From Mytilus californianus (taxonomy: Eukaryota): a DNA stretch of 64,000 bases. The stretch covers positions 87,358,001 through 87,422,000 of the forward strand of contig NW_026262679.1 of assembly GCF_021869535.1 (NCBI RefSeq), in the 5' to 3' direction. The notes beneath the pieces are model-generated. The model saw only the letters and a list, made by a program, of their open reading frames with translations. It ran no database searches and was not told the DNA's origin. A program made the position numbers and the translations under genes. Of the stretch, positions 11,881-25,800 are shown piece by piece. Each line of letters begins with the position of its first letter. The first letter of the stretch is position 1.

Positions 11881-14066
11881 ATAGCCCCATTGCTTTCTAT
11901 GTTAAATTCTGCAATTTCAAGCATTAATGGATACTTTGTCTTAAGTTCAAATAAAATGGCAGTCATTTCATGTCAAAACTATACCTTATCCTGACTTGTG
12001 CTGAAAAATTAAACATACCTTTAATTGCATATTAGACTGTACTGGTTCCCGGAAGTTTGATAGTACAAAAACAGGTACTTCTGTCTGATCAACAGGGCAA
12101 ATGTGCCCTCCTATTATAATTTTATATAATTTTTTTATTGTTCAAAAGAAACTTTCAACAAGGGTTCTACAGTGATCCCCAGGTCCCCAAGCTATCATTT
12201 GATACCAAAACTACCCAAATATTTCACCTATTGAGAAAGATACAGCTATGCGTAGGAAATATTTTGTTTAAAATATGTACTACTTTCTTGTATGTTCTTT
12301 CTGACCGGGCCCGAAGTAGTGGTTCTATACCTTGATTTACTTCGAAGGTTTTTATATTACCTGCAATCTATTTAGTTTTGTTAAATTTTAGGTTTTCCTT
12401 TTAAGATATAAAATAAGAAGATGTGGTATGATTGCCAATGAGACAACTCTCCACCAGAATCAAAAATGACACAGAAGTTAACAACTATCGGTATTTCTAT
12501 CGTTTTTAATTTTTGATCCCGAAGCTTTTTCATATAAAGATATAACTTCAAAAGATTTTTCTACTGATTTCTCGTTTTCATTAAAAGTGTGTGTGTCATC
12601 AGCAAACATACATAGTTTAGTTTCAATACTTATTTGATCAGATTATTTTATAATGGCAAAACGTTTTTCAGTCATCTCTTAAATTTATTTTTGCAGTGAT
12701 TTTGTTAATTGTAAAAATTACACTTTTTACACTGTTTCTTTGCAAATATCAATTCCAGGTGAATTTGATTAAGATAAAAATAACATTGGTCTTAAATCGT
12801 CATATTTTCATGCTGTCTGGATGAACCGCTGAAAGAAGAAGTAATATACATTAACTAGAAAGAAATAAAATAAAAATAAATACAATCTTATCGTGTTTCT
12901 CTTATTAATTTCCAGGGTTACTTCTCAATGTAAGCAGTTAACTCATTCCTAAAATTTGAATCGTTCATGCCATGCCAATTTGATTATTTAGACATTTGTA
13001 TAAATGGATTTCTTTATTGACCTTTAACTAGAGTAAAAAAAAGATTTCGGTCAGTGCAAATGTTTCAATCGTAATAAAGTTGTGATTGAACACAATGTTA
13101 AAGCAAAGAATGACATTTTATTGAATTCAATTTACTTAATTAGTGTTACATTTGCATTTAAACATGTTATAGCTTATTTATATTTGCATATTTCTAGTCT
13201 AGGACTATCCTGAATTATTTAAGTTCGACCAAACCGATCTTCGATAGTTTGAGTTTGTAAAAGGAAATATAAAATTCACTGAACAGTTTTAAATGTTAAA
13301 TGATCACCAGAAAAATAATATGAGTTAGATAATTGTCAACATTATTCAAAAGATTTTTAGTTTTTTTTTTATCAAACTAAACAAATTTTTCATGAAAGAA
13401 AGTATGGCGCCTCAAATAAAAATATCACAAAGTATTAAACATTTTTTATCAGACACCAGCCTGTTAGATATCAATAATAATTTACTTTAAAATTGTCGAA
13501 CTAATTTGCTGTTTATTTGGTGATTTAGCACCTCTTGATAAATGGTGTTTGTATTAAACTTTGACTAAATACTTTGTGTAAAAAAAAGCCTTTTTTATTA
13601 AGAAAAGGATACTTCTGTTTCTCAGAGATTACAATATACAATCATTTGTCCAAACCTCAAAATCCAGATAAAACCATTATATCGGTTTTTTAAATATCAG
13701 GCACCACACCATGTCTCTCATTCTTTCACCTAAGTACCTCGGTAAAGATAGTCTCTTAAATATCAAAAACAACTCAATTCAACCCAGTCCTAGCTCCGGT
13801 GACTTATTTCAGTTTAGCTACTCTCTGCTGTTTTCGTGACAGCAAATAAAAAGAAAAACTGAAAATGAGTCATTGTGGCTAGGGTTCGACTACTTATTTA
13901 GTTATATAAAAGGTTTGTGCAGTTTACACGGAAATATGTGGCTTATTTTTATATATTAACATATTTATTCATAATTGTCGGGTATATACAAATGATACAG
14001 CACACAAACAACACAACATACGACGGTCTTCGACGATAAGTTCAATATGTACGACTTTTAATGTAA

Positions 14067-17000
14067 TGCCGGCGTCACACATTGGCGTATAGACCAACGT
14101 GCACAAGACGTACAGAAAAAATTGACTAAATCCATATACGTTAGGTTCACGCAAGAGGAACGCTAAGCAATCGTTAGACGCGCGTTGCATAAGTTTGGAG
14201 TACGTCGAAATGCAAAGGTATACGCTTGGTGAACGCTACATCTCCAGGAAATTTTTATGCAGCATAAAAATTTACATCTAGCTCTAGCGTTTGTCAAGCG
14301 TATACCTGTTCGCTACATGCACGTAATACATACGTTACAAGCGCGTTGAACAAACGCTACAGTTAAGTTTGAGACACGTTTAGGGCAAGTTGTATACGCC
14401 TCAAGATCGTTCGACTTTTACTTGGACGTATGCGGGGCTCCGTGAACGTATAAAACGCACCCGTGGCGTATCAAAAACGTATTCTGACATTCAACGAAAC
14501 TTGCTCTGACATTTATAGTCCGTTATACTAACTAATTTGCATATCCAGGTGCATGTAGAAAATGGTATAAAAGGTTCGGTAGTGTTCAGTTTGACACTTG
14601 CTATAATAGATTGCCTGGAGAGAGTCAGGATGGCATATCTTCTAGCCATGGCTCTACAACATGTAGACCAAATTCACCTAAACATGCACCAATACTTACA
14701 AGGCATTAGAAGGCATCGAAGACGGCAGCGAAGACGTCTATGGCAGCAGCCGTGGGTATCAAGGAGAAAGCAGTTCGAATTGTATGACCAACTATTAGTT
14801 GAACTTAGACAAGAAGATCAGAGCAGTTTCAAGAATTTTATGAAAATGCCCGTAGAGATGTACTATGAAATTCTTCAGAGGATCCAGCAACTTTCCATTT
14901 TCTGTCATTATGAATACAGTAAAATAATCAGTATGCAATAGTAGCGTCCGACTTTCTGATAATCGAGTCACGTCCTTCAATTATCAATAAGCAATTGCAA
15001 GCTGTAATTAAATATAAGTGACCAAGTACACAATATTGAATCTAGAAAAGTAAAAAAAAATAAAATGGTATTACACATTGAAAGTAAACAATTATAATTT
15101 TAAGTTAAACTGTTCCCGTTTTGTATATTCAAAGAGAACCGATAGAGCCTGGATTAAAACTAGCCGCAATTATTCGACATCTTGCTGCTGTATCGACATA
15201 TGCCGATATGAAATTATCCTGGAGAGTTCATGGTAACACCTTGTCTGTAGTTGTCAGGGAAGTATGCAGTGCAATTATTGATGAATATACAGATGAGGTC
15301 ATGATTCCTCCAAATGATTAAGAGGAATGGAAAGCAATTAATGATCAATTTATGCGCAGATATCATTTTCTACATTGCTGTGGAGCGTTGGATGGAAAAA
15401 TAATGCCATAAAGAAACCGGATCGTTCAGATTCATTATACCACAACTATAAGGGATGCTAGCTTTGGTTGATGGTGATTACAGGTTTATATGGGAAGATG
15501 TTAGAGGTAAGATATTTATATATTTTTATGTAAAAGTTTTAAAACGTTAGAAAAATCTTACAAATTTTATTGCTTGTAAACCTGTTTCAGAATCTAATAT
15601 AACAACTGCGTAAATTAGCAAAGCGTCCAATCCATAAAACAAAGGGAAATTATAGAGCAGCACAAACGAAGCAACAGATCCTCGTGTATATATCTATTGA
15701 GAACGAATCTGACGAAAACTCGAGAGTCGAAACACGTGTCATTCATTGTAAAATTAGTTAACCTCGAATCTTTGATGACATTTATTTTCGCATACATGTA
15801 AGTCACTCAAGAATTAACATATACATCGTATACATTTGTAAATAGTCATCATGAGATTTCATATTTCTTCCTATATGAAACTTTTTGCGATAATTTCATA
15901 TTATCCCTACATTTTAGGAAACGTTGCCTGTTTTGATGCTCAGATGTATGATGAGTCCGAATTAAGAGAAGCAGCGGAAGATGGAAGCATATGCTTCCCA
16001 AATGCCGAGCCTCTTCCAAATCATACCGAAGACGTCCCTACTATTTCATTAGAGATGACGCATTTGCGCTAAGAACGACAATGATGAAAACTTACTCTCA
16101 TAGGACAATGTACAGAGAAGATTGTATATTCAGTTATAGGCTTTCGCGAGCAAGGCGTGTTGTGGAGAACGCGTTTGGTAATTTGGTCAACAAATTCAGA
16201 ATTCTGCTCTCAACAATGGGTCATTCCAAATCAACAGTTCGTCTGATAGTGAAGACATGCATTATTCTACACAATCTGATGAGAATTTGCTATTCTGGGC
16301 TTCAGGACCAACAACTAGATTGAGAACACCCCATCAACGGGAATTTGATTCCTGGAGCTTGGAGGCAGGGACCGAATCTACATGATACCCAGAATGTTAC
16401 AGCAGCTAATATTGACAGTAAGAAAGGGAAAATGCAGAAGAACCTTATCAAGCACTGGATAAACTCTCCTACTGGATCAGCTGCCTGGCAGGACAGAATG
16501 ATATGAGACTTGAAAAATAATTGAAAAATAAATTGATCACATCTGTAAAATGGTTTAAGAAGTTATGTTTACACTCACTTGTCTTGGTTATAATTGAAAA
16601 CATTCTTTCATGCTTATAAATTCACCCATGTAAACAGGAACATTATGACTGCATGCTCATGAATATTGCGATATATGGTGAAAGAAGAAAGTATGCAGTG
16701 CAAATTCTACACAAAGTGGATAAGCTAAAATGTCTCGCCTGCTTACTGGCATGTCGGAATATAAAAGTCTAAATTGATCATTGGAGCATTAAAACAAGGT
16801 CAAGGTTTAGTGACATATGTCAGTCTGACATGTGCACCTATTGAGGAGTCTATAGACCAATTATCATAACTCTAGGTATTCTATGTACTGAGAAACTGAC
16901 CTAATCACGAAAACTGGTCGCAGAATAAACAAAGTCATACAACTATGAAAATGAGGTCAAGGATATCTGACATGTGACGGACAGAAAGCTTGTAACATAA

Positions 17001-17904
17001 GGCATCTATGGATGAAATATGGAGTGTCTTCTTCCTTCTGAGTTATAAAGCTTTCACCAACTTGTTCACGCCGCCGCCGCCTTCGCATCGGTAAAGCTAT
17101 ACATATGTCTCGCGAGACAAAAATCAAACTGAGAATCCAATCCATGATATATGTAAGGATTACGACAACACTCCAAAATCGATTAAGCGGAAAGTCCATA
17201 ATCAAAAGGCCATCCAACCTCATATTGCTACACAGAGCTACCAGTCGTGTAAAATTATGCAAATCCATATATATGCAAACACATTCCGATGACGACTGCT
17301 GGATATGAGCAGGAGGTACCATTTAAAAAAAATCTTCCTTAAAAAATGCAAGAATAGAATATGATTTTGTGCGATTGATGGCTGTGTGTATATGGTCCCA
17401 CCGTTGGGCAAAATCAAAGTCACATTATTCCAAAAATAACCAAAATACACTGAAGTTTGTACATCTACATTTAATAATAATAAATGCTACCAAGTAAGAA
17501 TGGAAGAATTCATCAAATAAATCAACTAGAATTGCATTAAACGGAAGTAGTACAAACACCCCATAATAACACGCCCCAGACACACCGAAAGCACGGATAA
17601 TCGTCCTAGGTACGACCGGGACGCGTCTCAAATACGTTCAAGGGACGTTTTTCCTTCGTGGCGTGCATTTCATCTACGTTAGACAAACGCCAGACATACG
17701 CCAACATACGTTACCTCAACGCCCGACAAACGCTTATGTACGCTTCTCGTACGCCTTAAACACGCTGAAAGCTCGTTGTGCACACGACACAGATATGATT
17801 GACGAGTTGAATGCGTCAAAAATTACTAACGTATTGGCAGCGTAAATGGTTTTTGACAACGCCCGGCGTACGTCGGTGCTATACGCTGATGTGTGATGCC
17901 GGTA
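14067..17904 (+). mobile_element. PIF/Harbinger DNA transposon, full length but defective
   Basis: Imperfect 36-37 bp TIRs: TGCCGGCGTCACACATTGGCGTATAGACCAACGTGC (14067-14102) and GTACGTCGGTGCTATACGCTGATGTGTGATGCCGGTA (17868-17904). TAA TSD at 14064-66 and 17905-07. Contains a Harbinger-type transposase. Confidence 0.9.
14630..16506 (+). pseudogene. Harbinger (DDE_Tnp_4/HARBI1-like) transposase pseudogene
   Basis: Motifs WQQPWVSRR..YDQLLVELRQEDQSSFKNFMKM, REPIEPGLKLA, HCCGALDGK, DDAFAL, YRLSRARRVVENAFG, IVKTCIILHNLMR and C-terminal WQDRMI*. Interrupted by stops, frameshifts and a GT-AG intron at 15507-15917. Confidence 0.9.
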
Positions 17905-17944
17905 TAAAGAAAACAAACTCATTAATGATATCAGGTTTATAACT

Positions 17945-18400
17945 TTGTACGCCAGACACCCGTCGTGTTGCTTATGTAAGTACAAACCCGGAGGGATTGT
18001 GGTTACGACAATTGGAACATACCCATCGTCATCTGTGAAACAGATATTCCATAACTGTCAACCAACTCAGGATGGCGTGCGTAAAATTGTCGAAGGGATG
18101 ATTTCAACTTCACTACTCGGAACTCTTGCTTCAATAGCTTCCTTGTTAGCAGCAACCCTCTATCAAGGAAATCATGACAGGAAATGTAATCTCTGGAATA
18201 TTGTATCAGCTGAGAAATATATACTTCATATGCCGGAATGTTTCTACATAGAAATGGAAATTTCACAATTGGGAAGATGAAATCATCTGTTTTTTCTTAA
18301 AGTTTTGTTTTCAACCGACCCTCATTGTCAATTTGCAGATGTAAGTCAAGATACGAGGTAGACTTAACTGTATCTGGTATATCCCTTTTCCAAGTTCGAT
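17945..18400 (-). pseudogene. Penelope-like (Naiad-type) RT C-terminal fragment and start of 3' UTR
   Basis: The minus strand reads DTVKSTSYLDLHLQIDNEGRLKTKL*EKTDDF..FPFLCRNIPAYEVYISQLIQYSR..FLDRGLLLTRKLLKQEF..KLKSSLRQFYARHPELVD, the same family signature as 34800-35130. Confidence 0.8.
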
Positions 18401-19873
18401 TGGAACTTGTATTACAATTTCTATGTCGACAACAGTTTTCTACAATAAGTGCAATGGACCCTATTTACCATTTCCCAATAAAATGTAGACATAAACTATG
18501 TTTTCCTAGTTGACCTTTCTGATATGGTTTCAAGTAACGCACTTTTTTGACAACATACATTGTTCTTATATTACAAATTTCCCCTTTCCGAACAGTTGCT
18601 ACATATTTGATGTACTGTATTTAGTAATTGCTCTCTTTCATGCTGGGTATGTGATCTCAATCCATTTTTACTTAACAGGGTTCAGATGGTTTTGCATTTC
18701 AGAGGCCTATCAAAATGAAAATAAACACGTTCATAGAAGGTCTAGTACAGCGGAGTAACGGTATATTTTCAACTTTGTAAAAAAGTATAAAAAAATACTG
18801 TACTCCAAGTCAAATTCAAAAAGGGGAAGTCCAAAAAAACTGACAAAATCAAACGCTATCAATCAACGGAACAAGTGAAAAACAACCGTCGTATTTCTGA
18901 CTTGGTACAGACATTTCCGAAGAAAATGGTGGGATAAACCTGTATTATAGCTAGCTTAACCACTCACTAGTATGACAGTTGGTTTTAGTTCCGTTATATT
19001 GACAAAATTGGGTAGGCAACCCAAACAGACATGATAGGTTAATGTGACAATAATTGGAATCCGCAGTCAAAACTGTGTAAACATACATCACAGACATACA
19101 ACACATCTGACTAAAAAATAAAATGCAAACAGACATACAAAGTAATTTAATAAAGACGCCAACAAAAAAGGTGTAGTATAGTAATAACTCGTCATAGATG
19201 CCAAGACCAAAGTTCCGTACGCCAGACGCGCGTTTGGTATTCTTAAATTGTACGTTTGTATTTACAGATTACATCCATAAGGGTCAAGCAAAAACACAAA
19301 ATATAGAATACTATTAACACAATAGTCAATAATTACAAGTATAAATATAAAACAAAAACATAGTTATGATAATGTAACTTTTGATGGACATGGACCTCAT
19401 TTTCGAAACTATAAAGATTGCTTTATAAAGACACCAACTACTGTCAAAAGTGGAGATATATACAGATGTCTTTTGGTAAAATTATTGTATATAACAATAT
19501 TGCATGAACCTATTCAGTGCACAACCAATGTATGTGACAATCCTTTACAAAAACTTTTGTGTCTTATGTGGCAAGCTCTCCTGCACAGGAGTGACAAAGT
19601 GTCAGCATTGGTTTCACTACAGTGAGTACGATTTCCGTCTGCATAATATTGTTTTTATTGTGGTTGTCGCTTCAAATGGGCCTGGTCCATGGTAATAACA
19701 CTTCACGTTTTACGTCCGGTAGACAGAGACAATAATTTGTTTCTGGACATGGCTTGGATTCGCCGTCTTGAAAAACACGTCTCGGAGTCAATTATAACCA
19801 TTTTAACCAATAAATAAAAAAGATATTTACAATTTATATCACAGATCACAAGGTTTTCTTCTATAGCATCAAA

Positions 19874-22800
19874 CTATTTCTCAAAACAGTTGAAAAATTC
19901 TATCTGAAAAAAAAATATCAACCATATGTTAATATATTTATTTTGTCTGTAGGATTCAAGTAGCATGTATTGTTATCATCGAATGTATTCCAAAAAAGGT
20001 CCAAAACCAACAATCACCTAATACTGACAAGCAAACATGTCAAATGAAATGCATATTAATCTACCCATTTAGTTTTTTTTTCCAAAACACAGGAAATAAA
20101 ATTATTGTTGATGACGCACCGGGTCTCGTTCCTTTTTTAGTTCATGCAATTTAGGCAGTTATTTTCACTAGGGTTGTATATGCCAACTCGATTTACGTGA
20201 TGTGAACATCGTTTAACTATTGTTGCATTTTATATAGTGCTGGATGAACCAAGAAACCTTGGCAAATGATAAAATAGTGTAATGAATACTGTAATGTAAA
20301 CCTTTCACCTGGTATTATTTTTTAGACAATAGAGCAATTTGAACTTAAATTCTAAACATATCCGGGGGAAGTTTGAAATTCAATTGTTTAAAACTTTTCT
20401 CATATAGGAATTTATATCGCATATCCCTATTTCTATACAAATGTAGATTAAATACATACTGAATCTACGTATCCAACAAAGCCTGATGCATACTTAGAAT
20501 CCTTCCCTATCTCCATGGCACATGAGGAAGATTTAATAGTTGATACTGAAATAAAAAGATTTATACAAATGATTGGAATTATCACTAAAAAATATTTTTT
20601 AATTACTCGGAAATGACAATGAACTTAATTAAGAAATTAAAAAACGACCCGGTCAACAGTTCCTGAACATTGACATCAAAATGATTAAATCAAGTATTGT
20701 AGTTGAAAAGTGTGTACCTCGAATCCAGGATAACATTTGCAAAATGAAGAATAATCTTACTGATCAGTAAAGACTTCACTCTAATAACAAAAGGAAGTTA
20801 AACCTAATATAATCTGGAATACTTTTTGTTATTGAAACGCTATAAATGCTTTACTCAAACTGCACATGTTGGTCCATATTTTAAGGCTCTGTATAGCTAT
20901 TGCAAATAAGTTAAATCATTCAAAACAGAATTTTACAGTTTTAGACGTCAAGGGACGTAACTCTAAACGTTAAAATGAACCATGATAAAAAAAATCAACT
21001 TTGTTTTGCATTTCATGGAAGGTAGTTATAATGCCAAGTCATAAAAAGTTCTACTACAAAGCGAATCGAGTTACAAATTAGATTCTTTGATTTTCAGATT
21101 GTTGCAATTACCATTCACTATTTCTGCAATTGTGAGTTATACCCTTGAATAGGTTTGAATTGGTTTAAATAGCTCCAAATAGAGATCTAAATGCAAACTT
21201 TTAACGCAGGGCATGAAAATAACAATGATATTTATAACTATGTAAGTGCAAATTTTTCAATATATTACGATGTATTCAGTATAATGGGTAATATGTCAAA
21301 CGTTTCTAAGGTTGAGATATATACCTCAAAGAAAGAAACATAATTATATATTTTTATTGTGTTTTTTTTAATTTATACGAGAATTGTCAACAGCCCAATA
21401 GCTACTAGTGGTTCTCCTAGACATAATACAAGACATATAAACAAGTCAAAGAATATATTTAACGAAACAGCACAATAGTGAGTGACACATACATGCGCGC
21501 ACAGATGCACACAATACACATACTATGAGAACCATACACTTATTACAAGATAATCAAAACTGATGTCAAACATTGCTAGGTTTTCATTAACCGTCATTTC
21601 ATCATTACAATAAATTAATATTTGAGTTACAAAGTCTGATCAACTATTAAATTGATAAAAATAAAGACTTCTGAGTTCGTTTTAACTGACAATTTGTCAT
21701 CATCAGCCTAAATAGTTAAAATGCACACAACGAGTGCCACATGTAGAGTAGGACCTGCTTACCATGCACGTTGGGCGTACCAAATTATAAGCCTTTTATC
21801 TTGGATGGGGTTTTGCCATATTGTAACACCTGGTTTTTGTCGGGGTTCATGTTGCTCAGTCTTTTGTTCTCTATTTTACGTTTTGTAGACCTTCGACGAA
21901 TCGTCGTATTTCGTTTTATGCCATGGCGTTGTCTGTTTTTCTTTGTATTATGAGTTTTGAATTTCTCCTTGGTATCTTCCGCCTCTTGTTTTTAAAACAA
22001 TTTACTGATACTATAGCATATTACTTTCAAAGTCAAACTACAATAAAAAATATAATAAAAGGCTTACTTCCCATATAACCATGATCTCGACCAGTCTCGG
22101 TGAATATTCTTATCTCACCCTCCATTCCAACTATGAAAAGTACGATCCAATCGCTGAAATCCTGAAAATATTAAAACTTGAGTATGTAATTGAATGATTA
22201 GTGTACAAACAAGCATGCCTGTTGGTTGCTTTTAAAATAAACCAGCGAAAAATCGTCAAATTACAATGATCAATGGAAGGCGAAATCTAAGATGTAAGCC
22301 TCCTCCGTAATTTATACAAAACGCTCTTCAACAAGTACTTGTGCGTAATTAAAGTTATATGTACTTGATTCTACCTAATTTTGATTCCCATTTCATTGAT
22401 TGTTTTGCTGTCACAAGTACATTGTCTACTTACAACATTATCTATTTGCAGATTTAGTGGTGAATTGTTCTGGAGAAGAAAATTACCAGCAATGGATTTC
22501 TGAACAGGATTTATTGTAACGCCATAATAGGGAGCACGGTTACTGCAAGGACCGTCTCCAAACAGATTGTAGTTTTTATCTTCATAAGTGAAATCTTCCA
22601 TTGTTTTAAACCGGACCATGAACTTAAATTTTGATGCAAATGTAATGTAACTCATGCCCCATATTGTAATAATTCCGTCACCATAAAACGTCACAGCCGT
22701 TTTACCAGTACTCCCGGTCACTGGATTGAATTTTATTGTTCTTGTTGGTAACGATGGAACACTTCCGTCCTCGGATTGTGTTGTTCTGTCAAATAAGAAC

Positions 22801-25800
22801 TGGAAATAAGGACGACAGCTTACTATTTTATCGTTCTGTTCTACAAAATAATGAATAAATGAATAAATATTTATTTGCAAGAGCATACATGACATGCTAT
22901 GGATAATATACACAATGTGACAAAAGACTGATAGCAGAGAACAATACAATAATAACATAACTAACCATTAATAACAGACCTAGCTTTCCGTGAATTCTTC
23001 AAATGGTTACAGAGCTTAATTCTAAGCGATCTAGAATGAATTTTCTACAAACAGGGTATTCGACATAGAACAATAATAGCGTGGCAAAATATTATTTCTG
23101 ATTGTTCTGTATGCTATATAATACCTATATAAAATGGAATTCGTTCTCAATACAAATGAACTTAAATGTAAACGTGAATTTCCTTTCAAATAATTTTAAT
23201 GTACTTGATGCATGAATTGTTTTTGGCTTTTAACTAGCTGTCAGTAACTACGAGTACTCTCAAATCGTACTTTCTTTAATTTGACATGTTGATACTATTT
23301 GTAATGCTTTTGGTTATTTAATGTTTACTTGTTCAGGGTTATATCTAGTATATATACCAGCTTTGATAAGTGTTTGGTATTACTATAAATTTTCACTTTT
23401 TCGAACTATGAACATCAAAATTATTTATTTTGTAAAAATATTTCCTTTCTCCTTTTAAACTGTATACTTAACAACAAAATTATTTTCATTTACCTGTGTA
23501 TAATATTATTGTAAATGGCGGATTTTTGTTTAAGGTTATTGTTGTTTTTCTGAAATTGTTTAACATTTCACAGCGGTATAATACTGTTACTTTAATTATT
23601 CATCCCTTATTTTATTGATTTTGTATTTACATTGTATCATAGATCAAAATTATTCGTTCAGTGTATGTTCACTTGTGTTAATATGTCTTTTGATTGAGTT
23701 AAGCCATTTCAATTTATATTTCATAGTGTGTCTTTCTATGTTGTGATGTTACACTATTGTTTCAGATAAGGGTGAAGGTTTGGTACCATTAAAACGTTTA
23801 AACCCGCTGCAATTGTTTGCACCTGTCCTAAGTCAGGAATCTGATGTTCAGTAGTTGTCGTTTGTTGATGTGGTTCATAAGTGTTTATCGTTTCTCGTTT
23901 TTTATATAGATTAGACCGTTGGTTTTCCCGTTTGAATGGTTTTACACTAGTAATTTTTTGGGCCCTATAATGGTTTACTTTTATAAATTGTGACTTGGAT
24001 GGACAGTTGTCTCATTGGCACTCATACCACATCTTCTTATATCTATTTGAGAGTAAATCAAAGAGCAAGATGACAATCTGCTTTAAATTATTAAAGTATA
24101 TAATGCAATGTTTTCACTAATGCGACTTGATTGTGATCGCATTATCAAAACTTTCGATTATTTCGGACGAACGAAATTTAAAAAAATGTGCTTATTTGAT
24201 TTACTAGCACTTTGTTAATACCGCCAATGGTGGAATATTATTCCCCAAGGATATCAACTCAGTCGTAAGTGCTTCGGTACTGACAACTTATTCAAAATTG
24301 CTCGTTGATACATTTAGAACTTTAAAACTAAGGTTTCAACACCCTCATTCAAAGTTGACCTGAGATGAATTTGGATTCTGTTTAGGCCATATAGCTCCTA
24401 TCTATTCTACGTATTTACGCATCCCTGACTTTCAAATGTTTAGGTTCAAGTTTTCGTGATCCAGAAATGCAGAAAAAAACGCTTCAAACATTCGAAATTT
24501 ATACGAAAGTTTGTATTCCATTAACTGCAAGCAAGCTAAAGAACTTTTCAGAAAAAAATGAAAATTGTGATTACTGTTGTAGCATGGCAGAGATGTGAAT
24601 CCAAACACAATAAATAGTGTATAATGAGCACGTCTTTGCAAAAACATTGTTTACTTTTAATGAATTTGGAATAGTTTTGTATAAGGTTCTTCGTTGTACA
24701 TAACTGATTTCTTATAAGTTCATGATGCTAATCTACAAACATTCTATGGATAATACTTTGACTGTGATGTCGACTGGGACATTGACGTCAATTTCCTCAA
24801 CTCTTTCGTTGTGATTTTGGAAGGAAAGTAGAACTTGATAAATTAAGAAAATATTACGAAACCTAGGTTCCAACTCCCTCTGGCAGAGTTAACTTTAGGA
24901 GGAATTGGTCCCTTTTTGGTATATAGCTCCTCAAGTACTCAAGTATATGATACATCCTTAGTTTCCTGTCTTTTGAGTTTGAGCGTTCCAGCTGAGGAAA
25001 ATTCAGAAAAACGCTTCTTACGACCAAATCTATAAAGTTTTGTTTTCATTTTGAAGTGTTATGAATATTCATGTGAAAAGAACGTGCATGAAGCAGAGAA
25101 CCCTTGGTGTTGGAAGGCATTGTATAGCTTAACCCTTTATGACCAGTCAGAAACTCATTTTAGAGAAATCTCATCCTACACATTGTCAGAAGTAATGTCA
25201 TACATTTAAAATCGTTACATATCAATCGTTTCATTCAGGAAATCGGTTTCTCGCCAAAAAATGTAAATATTTATCTACATACAATATAAGTTAGTACAGA
25301 ATCATGACAATTTCGCCTTTTAATGTTTTATGTAGTAACATATGCTTCTTGTATAAAACAAACTAAACATTAAAAGATATACCTTGAACATTCTCATAAG
25401 ACACGAAAAAGAAAGTTGGACAAAAACAAAGGTATTGCATACGTGCATGATTTACTAAGGTATCTTGTAACAAAGAAATGTGTGTTGTAAATATAGAAAG
25501 GAAAAAAAGATTCAGTGAACTATTGTAATAGTCACTTACAAATATAACAAAGTATACGTGTATTGAATTTGACATTATTTTAACAACCTCTGATACTAGT
25601 ATTATACTAAAAGATATTAAAAAAAAATTCTCAAAACTAATTTTATCATACCTCATGATCACGTCCCAATTCAAGAGTCTCATCGGGGATAAGTGTTTTG
25701 AGTTCAATGTATCTTACCGTTTTTTGTCTTTGAAGAAATATGTTGGTGATATCCTTGTAAGTCTTCGTTTTTGTGGCAATTTATGGAGCTTAGTATATTG

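Noticed and set aside
16957-17450. Minus-strand ORFs as the Harbinger Myb/SANT protein
   Set aside because: No Trp-spaced Myb/MADF pattern is recognisable, and part of the region overlaps an unrelated repeat.
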